NCBI GenBank assembly: GCA_963770895.1
Contig: CAVYRF010000001.1
Span: forward strand, 1,024,001-1,088,000
Direction: 5' to 3'
DNA from: an uncultured Acidobacteriota bacterium
GTDB taxonomy: Bacteria > Acidobacteriota > Thermoanaerobaculia > Multivoradales > UBA5704
DNA: 64,000 bases
Shown: in pieces, positions 37,084-45,979 of the stretch
Layout: each line of letters begins with the position of its first letter
How positions within the stretch are numbered: the first letter of the stretch is position 1
Position numbers and translations under genes: made by a program
Notes under the pieces: model-generated
What the model was told of the DNA's origin: nothing
The model's database searches: none
Seen by the model: only the letters and a program-made list of their open reading frames with translations

Positions 37084-39558
37084 ATGTGGCAAGACTTCCG
37101 GTACGCGCTGCGTCTCCTCGGCAGGAATCCGCTGTTCACCCTCATGGCGACCCTCTCGCTGGCGATCGGCATCGGTGCCAACAGCGCCATCTTCAGCGTC
37201 GTCGACGCGGTGCTGCTGCGCCCGCTGCCGGTTGCCGACCCGCGCAGCCTGGCCGTGATCTACAGCGGTCCACCCGACTCGCGGTACGACCCATCCTCCT
37301 ATCCGGACTTCCTCGATTTCCAGGCTCAAAATCACTCTTTCAGCGGCCTCGTTGCCCATAGTCCCCTGCTGGTCAGCTACACCAACGGCGATCGCTCCGA
37401 GCAAATCCTCGGCGAGATCGCGACGGCCGACTATTTTCAAGTGCTGGGTATCCCGATTTCGCGCGGTCGCGGCTTCGTGGCCGAGGAAGACCAGGGGCCG
37501 GGCGCGCATCCGGTGGTGGTCGTCAGCGACAGCTTCTGGCGGCGGCGCCTGGACGCCGCGCCGGATGCGGTCGGGCGCCTGCTCAAGCTCGACGGTCACG
37601 ACTTCCGCATCATCGGCATCGCTCCGGCGAGCTTTCGCGGTCTGACGGTCGGTGTCGTGACCGACCTTTGGGTGCCGATAAGCATGGCCGATCAGGTGGC
37701 CGCCGATCGGCCGGGAGTCCGTACCCGCCGCGACCGGCACTGGCTGCAGATCATGGGCCGCTTGCGTCCAGGCACCCGCTTGCCGGCAGCGCAGACCGAT
37801 CTCGGTCTCATCGCCAGCCGTCTCGCCGCCGAGTATCCAGACTCGAACCGCGGCCACGGCGTGGCCGTGCTGGCGGCGAGCAGCGTCGTGGTGCATCCCG
37901 AGGCCGATGCCGCAGTCTTCGGCGCCGCGGGCCTCCTCGGCTTGGTGGTCGGCGCGGTGCTGCTGATCGCCGCCGCCAACGTCGCCAACCTGCTGCTGGC
38001 ACGGGCTTCGGCAAGACGCCGCGACATCGCGATCCGGCTGGCGATCGGCGCCAGCCGGCTGCAGCTCATCCGTCAGCTCCTGGTCGAGAGCGTCCTCCTG
38101 GCACTCCTTGGGGGCGGCGCCGGGCTGCTGCTCGCCGCCTGGGTGCTGGCGCTCCTGGTACGCTTCCGGTTGCCGCTGCCGATCTCGGTGACACTCGAGA
38201 TCGGCATCAGCTCGCATGCGCTGGTCTTTACTTTCGGGCTTGCGCTGCTGACCGGTGTGCTGTGCGGGTTGGCTCCGGCTCTCGTCAGCTCGCGGCCGCG
38301 CCTGGTCGCCGAGATCAAGGATGACGTCACGGCCGCGGGCGGCCGGCGGCGGCGTTTCGGCTTGAGCAATCTCCTGGTCATCGCGCAGGTCGCCGTGTCG
38401 CTGCTCCTGCTCATCGGCGCCGGCCTGTTCGTGCGCAGCCTGGAGAGCGCCCAATCGATCGATCCCGGCTTTCGTATTACGGATGTGGCGCTGGCGACTG
38501 CGCAGCCGGCAGTCACCGGCTACGACGAGACGCGGGTCCGCGCGTTCTACCATGAGCTCGCGCGGCGAGCCGCGGCGCTGCCGGGAGTACAGGCGGTCGC
38601 CATGACCGACTGGGTGCCGCTGACGCTCGGTTTCAAGACCAAGAAGATCGCTGTCGAAGGCAGCGGCGGCGAGCCGATGGTCGGAACGGCGGGCGGCACA
38701 GGTCCCGGCGCCGGCGTCGAGGTCGACAGCGCGGTCGTCGAGCCGGGATACTTCAAGGCGCTCGCCATTGCGCTGCTGCGTGGCCGCGACTTCAATGAGA
38801 CCGATCGGGCGACGAGCCCACGGGTTGCCGTCATCGACGAGACCATGGCCAGCCACATGTGGCGCGGCCGCGACCCGCTCGGGGCGCGATTTCGGCTGGT
38901 GGCGGGACCGGCGGGGTGGGTCTCGGTGGTGGGCGTGGTGCGCGACAGTAAGGTGCGCAGCCTTGGGGAGGCCCCGCGGCCCTACTTCTACCTGCCGTTC
39001 GCGCAGAGCTATTCACCGTCCATGACCCTGTTGCTGGTGACCGCGGGCGCGCCGGAGGCGGTGTTGCCGGCGGTGCGGCGCGAGGTGGCTGCGCTCGATC
39101 CTAACGTGCCGATCGCCGAGGCCACGACTCTCGCGCAGCACCTGCAGCTCTCGCTGTTCCCCGCCCGGGTTGCCGCGCTGTTGCTCGGGCTGTTCGGCCT
39201 CGTCGGCCTGCTGCTCGCGGCGGTCGGCCTGTACGGCGTCGTCTCCCAGTCGGTCGCCCGGCGCACCCGCGAGATGGGAATCCGCCTCGCCCTCGGCTCC
39301 CAGCGCGGCGAGCTCCTGGCAAAGCTGACCATGGAAGGCATGGTGCTGGTTGGTATCGGCGTCGGCATCGGGCTGGCCGCCGCCTACGCCAGCTCGCAAG
39401 TGCTGGCCTCCCTGCTCTTCGGCATCAGTGCCGTCGACCCGCTCACCTTCACTGGCGTGCCGCTGATGCTGCTCCTGGTGGCTCTCCTCGCGACCCTGGT
39501 GCCGGCGTGGCGGGCGATGCGGATCGACCCGGTCAAGAGCCTGCGCGCCGGCCAATGA
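37084..39558 (+). CDS. ABC transporter permease, ADOP-type (duplicated MacB-PCD/FtsX)
   Basis: QDFRYALRLL..NP.FT, LAIGIGANSAIFSVV..VLLRPLP, ANVANLLLARA..RRRDIAIRLAIGA, RRTREMGIRLALG, RAMRIDPV..LR. RBS GAGGAG. Confidence 0.92.
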   Translation: MWQDFRYALRLLGRNPLFTLMATLSLAIGIGANSAIFSVVDAVLLRPLPVADPRSLAVIYSGPPDSRYDPSSYPDFLDFQAQNHSFSGLVAHSPLLVSYTNGDRSEQILGEIATADYFQVLGIPISRGRGFVAEEDQGPGAHPVVVVSDSFWRRRLDAAPDAVGRLLKLDGHDFRIIGIAPASFRGLTVGVVTDLWVPISMADQVAADRPGVRTRRDRHWLQIMGRLRPGTRLPAAQTDLGLIASRLAAEYPDSNRGHGVAVLAASSVVVHPEADAAVFGAAGLLGLVVGAVLLIAAANVANLLLARASARRRDIAIRLAIGASRLQLIRQLLVESVLLALLGGGAGLLLAAWVLALLVRFRLPLPISVTLEIGISSHALVFTFGLALLTGVLCGLAPALVSSRPRLVAEIKDDVTAAGGRRRRFGLSNLLVIAQVAVSLLLLIGAGLFVRSLESAQSIDPGFRITDVALATAQPAVTGYDETRVRAFYHELARRAAALPGVQAVAMTDWVPLTLGFKTKKIAVEGSGGEPMVGTAGGTGPGAGVEVDSAVVEPGYFKALAIALLRGRDFNETDRATSPRVAVIDETMASHMWRGRDPLGARFRLVAGPAGWVSVVGVVRDSKVRSLGEAPRPYFYLPFAQSYSPSMTLLLVTAGAPEAVLPAVRREVAALDPNVPIAEATTLAQHLQLSLFPARVAALLLGLFGLVGLLLAAVGLYGVVSQSVARRTREMGIRLALGSQRGELLAKLTMEGMVLVGIGVGIGLAAAYASSQVLASLLFGISAVDPLTFTGVPLMLLLVALLATLVPAWRAMRIDPVKSLRAGQ

Positions 39559-39571
39559 GGCAAGACAAGAC

Positions 39572-40717
39572 ATGAGCAACCTTGCGGCCGTCGAAGCGGC
39601 ATTGGCGTGTCATCCAGAGGTTGCCGAGGCGGTGGTGGCGGCGTCCGGCAGGGTGGGTGAGGCGGGCAAGGAAGGCACCTGGGCTTGGATTGTGCGGCGT
39701 GACGCGGCCCGCTGCGGCCCGCCGCACCGCCTTCCCTGTGGGCTCACGGTCTTCCAGCTCAATCAGAACGAAACCGATCACCTCTACCGCCAGATCTTCG
39801 AGGATCTCATTTACCTCCGCCACGGAATCGCCCTTCCCGACGACGCCTGCATACTCGACATCGGTGCGAACATCGGGCTGTTCACGCTCTTCGCACACTC
39901 CTGCTGCGAGCGAGCACGCGTCGTCGCTTGCGAACCCAGTCCCCATGCCTTCGAGCGGCTGCGACGCAACGCCGAACGCTACGGCCTCGCGGTCGTGGCC
40001 GAGCCGTGCGCGGTCTTCGACCGCGAGGGGATGGCGCCCTTCAGCGTCTATCCCCGCGCCTCCGTCATGTCGGGACTCTTCGTCGATCCGGCGGCGGAGG
40101 AGCGGCTGTTTCGCACTTTCGCCGGCGAGCAGCTGCGAGAGGAGGGGGACCGGGAGATCATCGCCGCCGCCATCGACGAAATGGCCGCGGGCCGCTTCGC
40201 CGTCGAGGTCGTTGAAAGGCCCCTGCGAACGGTTTCGAGCATCTTGCGCGAGCGGGCCATCGCACGCGTCGACCTGCTCAAGATCGATGCCGAAAAGAGC
40301 GAGCGTGAGGTGTTCGCCGGAATCGCGGAGGATGATTGGCCGAAGATCCTCCAGGTTACCGCCGAGGTGCACCGCGACGATTGGGTCGCCGAGATCACAG
40401 CCCTCCTTGCGGCCCGTGGCTTCACCGTCGCCAGCGAGCAGGATTCAACGATGCGCGATACCGAAATCCACCACCTCTACGCGCGCCGCACCCGGCCCGA
40501 GGATGGCAGGGTCTGGCATGAGCGCCCCTGGCGCACCCTCGTGCCCGCCGCACCGCCTCCGCCCCTGGCGACCCTCGACGCGCTGCGCGACTCCTTGCGC
40601 GAGCTCATCTGGCGCACCCTGCCCGGCGCCCCAGTTCCGGCCGGCTTCACCTTCCTCGACCGCCTGCCGCGGCTTGCCGGCGGCAAGGTCGACCGCGCCG
40701 CCCTGCCGCAGCCCTGA
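39572..40717 (+). CDS. FkbM-family O-methyltransferase flanked by NRPS A-subdomain fragments (stand-alone Asub-MT)
   Basis: ILDIGANIGLF, VDLLKIDAEKSE, AEVH. N-terminal VEAALACHPEVAEAVV and C-terminal LP...VP..F..LDRLP....GKVDRAALP. Confidence 0.88.
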   Translation: MSNLAAVEAALACHPEVAEAVVAASGRVGEAGKEGTWAWIVRRDAARCGPPHRLPCGLTVFQLNQNETDHLYRQIFEDLIYLRHGIALPDDACILDIGANIGLFTLFAHSCCERARVVACEPSPHAFERLRRNAERYGLAVVAEPCAVFDREGMAPFSVYPRASVMSGLFVDPAAEERLFRTFAGEQLREEGDREIIAAAIDEMAAGRFAVEVVERPLRTVSSILRERAIARVDLLKIDAEKSEREVFAGIAEDDWPKILQVTAEVHRDDWVAEITALLAARGFTVASEQDSTMRDTEIHHLYARRTRPEDGRVWHERPWRTLVPAAPPPPLATLDALRDSLRELIWRTLPGAPVPAGFTFLDRLPRLAGGKVDRAALPQP

Positions 40718-40719
40718 GC

Positions 40720-40812
40720 CTAAGGACTCTGGTCCGTAAGCCCCCGAAGACGGATCTGCGCCCGGTAGCGGACCTCGCCGCCGAGAGTCCGGAGCTTGGA
40801 AAGCGTTGCCAT
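40720..40812 (-). pseudogene. Probable remnant N-terminus of a tyrosine integrase (30 aa)
   Basis: GGAGG RBS 8 nt before the ATG. MATLSKLRTLGGEVRYRAQIRLRG resembles integrase arm-binding N-termini. Lies ~150 bp from the tRNA 3' end and stops abruptly. Confidence 0.55.
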
Positions 40813-40927
40813 GATGCGCTCCTCCGTACCCCGAACCGGGCAACTTGCGGCGGCAGTGTGCCATGAGTGCACCTTGGGCCATCTGGTCGGGTGCCGAAGC
40901 ACCCGGCCTGCCCGAGGGGGGCAAGCC

Positions 40928-40940
40928 TAAGTAACTGATA
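40928..40940 (-). promoter_or_regulatory. IHF-consensus site beside the putative att site
   Basis: Minus strand TATCAGTTACTTA matches WATCARNNNNTTR exactly, in an AT-rich patch 25 bp downstream of the tRNA. Confidence 0.55.
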
Positions 40941-40965
40941 TTGTGGGGTTTATTTGGCTTGCTTC

Positions 40966-41040
40966 TGGAGCCGGCACCCGGATTTGAACCGGGGACCTAC
41001 GGTTTACAAGACCGTAGCTCTACCCCTGAGCTATGCCGGC
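40966..41040 (-). tRNA. trnT: tRNA-Thr(UGU)
   Basis: Reverse complement GCCGGCATAGCTCAGGGGTAGAGCTACGGTCTTGTAAACCGTAGGTCCCCGGTTCAAATCCGGGTGCCGGCTCCA folds as a cloverleaf with anticodon TGT, T-loop TTCAAAT and encoded CCA. Confidence 0.96.
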
Positions 41041-41048
41041 CTGGGGGG

Positions 41049-41057
41049 AGGATAGCA
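41049..41057 (-). promoter_or_regulatory. Extended -10 promoter element of the tRNA
   Basis: Minus strand TGCTATCCT (TGn-TAnnnT) 8 nt upstream of the tRNA 5' end. Confidence 0.5.
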
Positions 41058-41171
41058 AATCGCGGAGGGCTGGCGGCCGTTGGAGGCTGCTTTGGCGGCG
41101 CGGCTTTGGGAGGCCCTTGTCGCGGTGGGGGGCGCTGGCAGCGGCGGATGTTGGTTGCAGCGGTTCTGGCA

Positions 41172-42299
41172 TCAGCGGATGGCGGAGTGGATGAGCCAGA
41201 CGAGGATGGCGGGGATGCCTAGCAGGAGGGCGGCCATGATGAGCCAGGCGCTCAGGTAGGCGAAGTTGAGGGTGTAGCCGATGCCGAAGCGCTTTTCCAC
41301 CCAGAGGGCGGGGTCGTCGGGGTTGTAGTAGAAGACGCCTCCTTTCCAGCAGGAGTCGGGGGTGCGGTCGCCGATGGGGGGCGGGACGGAGGCTCCGGGA
41401 TGCGGGGGCGCGGCATGGACCAGGCGCGAGCCGCCCTGGCCCATGCTGGCCAGGATGAGGGCGAAGAGGATGACCAGGATGCCGGAGCCGAGGGTGAGGC
41501 CGACGACCATGGGGGGATTGAGGGGGCGCCAGGTGGGGGTGTCCCAGAGGGGGAGGAAGGCGGCTCCGATGGCGGACAGGGTGGCCTGGTAGGCGGCGGC
41601 GAGCAGGAGCCAGCCGATGGCGCGGCGGAAGCGGCGCTCGGCGTGGCCTGGCGCGCCGGTGACTTGGATGGGGCGTGTGCGGCGCTGCATGAGGAGGGCG
41701 GTGAGCAGGACGGTGGTGGTGATCAGGAGGCCGACCAGCAGGGGGCTGAAGACTCCCATGGTGGTGCGCGACGACCAGCCGTTGGGGCGGCCGTCCAGGC
41801 CCCAGTGGATCGGGTAGCGCTGCGGCAGGGTGTCCCAATGGGTCTGGAGGTAGATCGCGGCGGCGGCCAGCAGGACGTAGGGTCCGAGGTGGAGGCTGCC
41901 GCCTCCGGGCAGGCCGGCGCCGCCACGGGGCGCGATGTCGGCTTCGCGGAGGGTGGTGGGGACGGTGGAGTGGGGCAGGACCCAGTGCCGGGCGCCGGCG
42001 TAGGCGGCGTAACCGCCCAGGATCTGCCAGGCGGTGCCTAGAAGGCTGCCCAGCGGGGCGCTGACGTTGCGCAGGCCGAAGACGATGCCCAGGGCGATCA
42101 GGGTGTTGACGGCGATCCACAGGCGGTAGCGCCGCACGACGCCGCGGCCTTCCGGGGTGGTGCGGAGCCAGGGCTGCACGGTGACCCCGAAGAAGAGATC
42201 GGGGCGGGTGAGGTGGGGGGTGATCCAGGCCATGAGGCCGATGAGGGCTGGGGGGAGGGCCAGCGCCAGGGTGAGGGTGTTGCCTGCGCTCAGGTCCAT
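41172..42299 (-). CDS. Membrane protein with DUF1648 and DUF5808 domains
   Basis: Start MDLSAG overlaps the GntR gene end. LP..YPIHWGLDGRPNGW; WKGGVFYYNPDDPALWVEKRFGIGYTLNF; several TM helices. Confidence 0.85.
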   Translation of the reverse strand: MDLSAGNTLTLALALPPALIGLMAWITPHLTRPDLFFGVTVQPWLRTTPEGRGVVRRYRLWIAVNTLIALGIVFGLRNVSAPLGSLLGTAWQILGGYAAYAGARHWVLPHSTVPTTLREADIAPRGGAGLPGGGSLHLGPYVLLAAAAIYLQTHWDTLPQRYPIHWGLDGRPNGWSSRTTMGVFSPLLVGLLITTTVLLTALLMQRRTRPIQVTGAPGHAERRFRRAIGWLLLAAAYQATLSAIGAAFLPLWDTPTWRPLNPPMVVGLTLGSGILVILFALILASMGQGGSRLVHAAPPHPGASVPPPIGDRTPDSCWKGGVFYYNPDDPALWVEKRFGIGYTLNFAYLSAWLIMAALLLGIPAILVWLIHSAIR

Positions 42300-42691
42300 C
42301 TGGGGACTCCTTGGCGAAGGGAGGTGGCGGTCTGTTCGAGCTTGCCGGCGACCGTGGCGCGGGGGATTCCGGCGGCGACGGCGTTGGCGATCACGTCTTC
42401 GAGCCGGCGGGCGAAGGTGGCTCCGGCTTCGGGGCCGGGGGACGGCGGCTCGCGCTCCAGGACGGTGGCGCCGCGGCCGCGCCGGAGGTCGAGCCAGCCC
42501 TGGGCGGCCAGTTGGCGGTAGGCCTCGGCGACGGTGTTGTGGTGCACGCCCAGGTCCATCGCCAGCTGGCGCACGGTGGGGAGGTGGGTACCGGGAAGGA
42601 GCTCGCCGGCGACCAGGAGCGCTCGCAGGCCGCTGGCGATCTGCTCGTAGGCCGGGGTCGCGGCGGCCAGGTCGATCCTCAGGCTCGGCAT
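42290..42691 (-). CDS. GntR-family transcriptional regulator (YtrA subfamily)
   Basis: PAYEQIA...GELLPGTHLPTVRQLAMDLGVHHNTVAEAYRQL...RRGRGATV with a short C-terminal domain. Confidence 0.92.
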   Translation of the reverse strand: MPSLRIDLAAATPAYEQIASGLRALLVAGELLPGTHLPTVRQLAMDLGVHHNTVAEAYRQLAAQGWLDLRRGRGATVLEREPPSPGPEAGATFARRLEDVIANAVAAGIPRATVAGKLEQTATSLRQGVPRWT

Positions 42692-42698
42692 CCTCCTC

Positions 42699-42727
42699 AC
42701 TGTACATTGTACACAGACAGCATACAA
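42699..42727 (-). promoter_or_regulatory. Sigma70-like promoter of gntR with overlapping inverted-repeat operator
   Basis: Minus strand TTGTAT-17 nt-TACAGT, 7 nt before the ATG. Inverted repeat TTGTA-N11-TACAA at 42707-42727 and TGTACA-T-TGTACA at 42701-42713. Confidence 0.65.
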
Positions 42728-42730
42728 GTG

Positions 42731-42764
42731 GCTGCCGGGGCGGAGTCCGCTGCCGGGGCGGAGT
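42731..42764 (+). repeat. Tandem 16-bp direct repeat (gctgccggggcggagt x2) in a divergent intergenic region
   Basis: Copies at 42731-42746 and 42749-42764. Confidence 0.8.
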
Positions 42765-42882
42765 GGCCGGGCCGCTCCCGTGGATTGATCGCACTTCGTT
42801 GAATAGGGGAACGCCGGCGGGCAGCGACCTGGCTGGCGCAGTCCTTTTCCTTCAACGATCTTCCGGAGTGGAGGCTTTGGCT

Positions 42883-44148
42883 ATGAGAACCCTTGGCGGT
42901 GCGATGGGTGTGGCAGGTGCGTACGGCGCGGGCGTGGCGGCGCTGGCGGTGGTTTTGGCGGCTGCGTGGACGGCGCCGGCGATGGCGTCGGGCGCGGCGA
43001 CGCCCTACCAGGTCACCGCGACGGTGGCGGTGCAGGATGGGCCTTTGACGCGCACGGAGCTGACGGTGAGCACGGGGAGCGGGCCGCTGGACAGGTTCAA
43101 GATGGTGCGGGTGGCGGCGAGCGACCCCCATGCAAACTTTGTGGGCTCGTTGTTGCTGGTGCCGCCGCTGGGCACGACGTTCAACTTTTACGAGCAGCGC
43201 GACCAGTTCAATACGTTTGGCAGCGCGATGACGGAGTTCTTCGCCTTGCGCGGTTTCGACGTCTATGGCTATTCGCCGCGCTACGAGGGGATCCCGGCGG
43301 GGACTTGCGAGGCGGGCGCCATCGACTGCTCGGCGATGAAGGGGTGGGGGATGCAATCGATCGTGGACGACGTGACGTTCGTCCGCTCGCAGATTTCGGT
43401 GCTGCACCCCGGTGCCAAGGTGGTGATCGGCGGCCTGTCGCTGGGCTGCCTGTCGACGATCTCGGTGGTGAACGCGCATCCCGGCGACTATGTTGGCGCG
43501 GTGACGTGGGAAGGGTTGATGTACAGCGCCAATGCGCAGGTGCGGGCGCTGGACCAGGGGTATTGCTCGGCGTTGCAGGCGCAGCTTGCCGCCAACGTGT
43601 TCTATGACGGCGTGGACGAAAACGTTTTGAAACAGGTGATGGAGCTGTCGCGCGTGACGCCGGGCGGTCTGACGCCGAATCCGCTGTTCCCGCCCAGCTT
43701 GACCAATCACCAGACGATGGTGGCGGCGGTGAGCACGCCGACGCCGGGGCCGGCCAGCATGACGGTGCCCAACGAGATACTGATCGCCGGCGACCTGGCG
43801 CAGGACCGGCTGCTGTTCGCGTCGGAGCCGCGGGTGTACGAAAACGTTTCGCGGTTCACCAGCTATGCGCCGGTGGCGCTGCTGGCGGACGTCACCTGTT
43901 CGATCGCCGGCGAGCAGAGCCAGTTCACCTCCAACCTGGGGCAGTTCAAGGCGCCGCTGCTGGCAATCGGCGGCGGCCACGCCTTCGGGGCTTACATGAG
44001 CGACCAGATCGGGCTCTTCGGTTCGGCGCAGAAAACATTTCTGTTGCAGCCTGATTTCGGCCACGTGGATCACTACATGACGCCGCTGCACCTGCAGTAC
44101 GTCGAAGAACCGATCCTCGCCTTCCTGCTGGGAGTGTTCGCCAGGTAG
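42883..44148 (+). CDS. Secreted alpha/beta-hydrolase-fold protein
   Basis: GGAGG RBS, signal-peptide-like N-terminus ending APAMA, GLSLG nucleophile elbow, FGHVD near the C-terminus. Confidence 0.75.
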   Translation: MRTLGGAMGVAGAYGAGVAALAVVLAAAWTAPAMASGAATPYQVTATVAVQDGPLTRTELTVSTGSGPLDRFKMVRVAASDPHANFVGSLLLVPPLGTTFNFYEQRDQFNTFGSAMTEFFALRGFDVYGYSPRYEGIPAGTCEAGAIDCSAMKGWGMQSIVDDVTFVRSQISVLHPGAKVVIGGLSLGCLSTISVVNAHPGDYVGAVTWEGLMYSANAQVRALDQGYCSALQAQLAANVFYDGVDENVLKQVMELSRVTPGGLTPNPLFPPSLTNHQTMVAAVSTPTPGPASMTVPNEILIAGDLAQDRLLFASEPRVYENVSRFTSYAPVALLADVTCSIAGEQSQFTSNLGQFKAPLLAIGGGHAFGAYMSDQIGLFGSAQKTFLLQPDFGHVDHYMTPLHLQYVEEPILAFLLGVFAR

Positions 44149-44215
44149 GGACATGCGCACGGCGGCCGCGGCGCGTGGAGTTGCCGCCGGCCGCCGGGTG
44201 TGATTTTGTACGCGG

Positions 44216-45979
44216 ATGCGACCCTCCGCGCTGGTCCTTGCCGCCGCCTGTTTCGCGGGCTCCGCCTCGCTCGCCGCCGCCGCCGCGCATGCCGACGACC
44301 TGCCGGCCCTGGCGCGTGACATCTGGGCCTGGCGGGCTGTCGGGCAACCGATCAATGCCGACGACATCCCCCGCATCGAGCGGCCGGCCGGTTGGGCGCC
44401 GGACTGGTCGGCGGCGGCGGTGGCCGCGCGGCGCCAGGCGCTGGCCGGCTTCGAGGCGCGCTGGCACGCGCTGGCGGACGCCGGCCGGCCGGTGGCGGCG
44501 CAGGTGGACTATCGGCTGCTCGGGTCGGTGTTGGCGCGCGTGCATTGGGAGCTGGACGCGGTCCGCCTGTGGCGCCGCGACCCCGGCTTCTACGTGGCGC
44601 AGACCCTGGGGGCGCTGGTGGACGCCTTGTTGCCGCCGCCGCCTTTTTCGCCGCCGCGCGGCCGCGACGTGCTGGCGCGCCTGGCGGCGTTCCCGCGCGT
44701 GCTGGCGGACGGCCGCGCCAACCTGGATCGGATCGTGCCGCCCTTCGCCCAGCTGGCCCTGGACAACTTGCAGGACGTCGGGCCGCGCCTCCGCCAGGCG
44801 ATGACGGCGCTGGCGCCGCTGCTGGACGCCGAAAGCCGCGGCCGGCTCGACGGCGCCACGGAGACGGCGGTCGCGGCGCTCGCGTCGTACCGCGCGTGGC
44901 TCGCCTCCACGTCCACTCCCGGCGCAACCTCGACGCCCCCCACCCCCTCGACGCCCTCCGCGCCCTCGACAACCTCCACACCCTCCAGGCCATCCGACAT
45001 CGCGGTCGGCCGCGACGCCTACCTCTTCTATCTCCACAAGGTCGCGCTGCTGCCGTTCACGCCGGAGCAGATCCTGGCCATGGGCCGGCAGGAGTGGGCG
45101 CGCACGGTGGCGGCGGAGGCGTTGGAAAGCCGGCGCAACCGCGGCGTGGCGGAGCTGCCGATCTTCGCCACGCAGCAGGCGCAGATCGACCGCGCCCGCG
45201 TCGATGAGGTGGCCATCCGTGGCTACCTGGACCAGAAAGGCATCCTGACGGTGCCGGCCTGGATGCCGCCCTATGCCTACCGTGCCATGCCGGCGTATCT
45301 CGACCCGCTGGCTGACTTCGGCGAGGGCACCAACTTCCCGTTCACGCCGCAGCCCGGCCAGGAATCGACGCGCTACGTCCCCCGGCCGTCGCCGCGGCTG
45401 GGCTACTTCGCCCTGTCGATGGCGCGGGACCCGCGCGCCGACATGGTGCACGAGGGCATTCCCGGTCACGGCTTCCAGCTCGCCCTGTCGCGCCGGCACG
45501 AGGACCCCATCCGCCGCCATTGGTACGACTCCGGCGCCAACGAGGGCCTGGGCTTCTACGCCGAAGAGATGATGCTGCAGATGGGGCTGTTCGACGACAG
45601 CCCGAAGACGCGGGAGATGATCTGGAACTACGCCCGCCTGCGGGCGCTGCGCGTCGAAGTCGACGTCCGCCTGGCGCTCGGCACCTTCACCATCGACCAG
45701 GCGGCGGACTACCTGCGCACCGCCGTGCCGATGGATGCCGCCACCGCCCACGCCGAAGCGGCGTCGTTTGCCGTCGCTCCCGGCTTTGCCATCGGCTACC
45801 AGATCGGCAAGCTGCAGATCGTCAAGCTGCTGGCCGAAGCCCGCCGCCGCCAGGGCGACGCCTTCGACCTGCGCGCCTTCGACGATTTTGTCTGGCGCAA
45901 CGGCAACGTCCCCCTGGCGCTCCAGGCCTGGGAGCTGCTCGGCCTGCGCGACGACCTGGCAATCCTCGACGGCGACTGA
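44216..45979 (+). CDS. DUF885-family secreted protein (metallopeptidase-like)
   Basis: Signal peptide; HEGIPGH, NEGLGFYAEE, PG.A..YQIGK, FDLRAF.D motifs. Confidence 0.85.
   Translation: MRPSALVLAAACFAGSASLAAAAAHADDLPALARDIWAWRAVGQPINADDIPRIERPAGWAPDWSAAAVAARRQALAGFEARWHALADAGRPVAAQVDYRLLGSVLARVHWELDAVRLWRRDPGFYVAQTLGALVDALLPPPPFSPPRGRDVLARLAAFPRVLADGRANLDRIVPPFAQLALDNLQDVGPRLRQAMTALAPLLDAESRGRLDGATETAVAALASYRAWLASTSTPGATSTPPTPSTPSAPSTTSTPSRPSDIAVGRDAYLFYLHKVALLPFTPEQILAMGRQEWARTVAAEALESRRNRGVAELPIFATQQAQIDRARVDEVAIRGYLDQKGILTVPAWMPPYAYRAMPAYLDPLADFGEGTNFPFTPQPGQESTRYVPRPSPRLGYFALSMARDPRADMVHEGIPGHGFQLALSRRHEDPIRRHWYDSGANEGLGFYAEEMMLQMGLFDDSPKTREMIWNYARLRALRVEVDVRLALGTFTIDQAADYLRTAVPMDAATAHAEAASFAVAPGFAIGYQIGKLQIVKLLAEARRRQGDAFDLRAFDDFVWRNGNVPLALQAWELLGLRDDLAILDGD

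Noticed and set aside
40941-41222. 93-aa ORF on the + strand
   Set aside because: It is the antisense reading of the tRNA-Thr gene.
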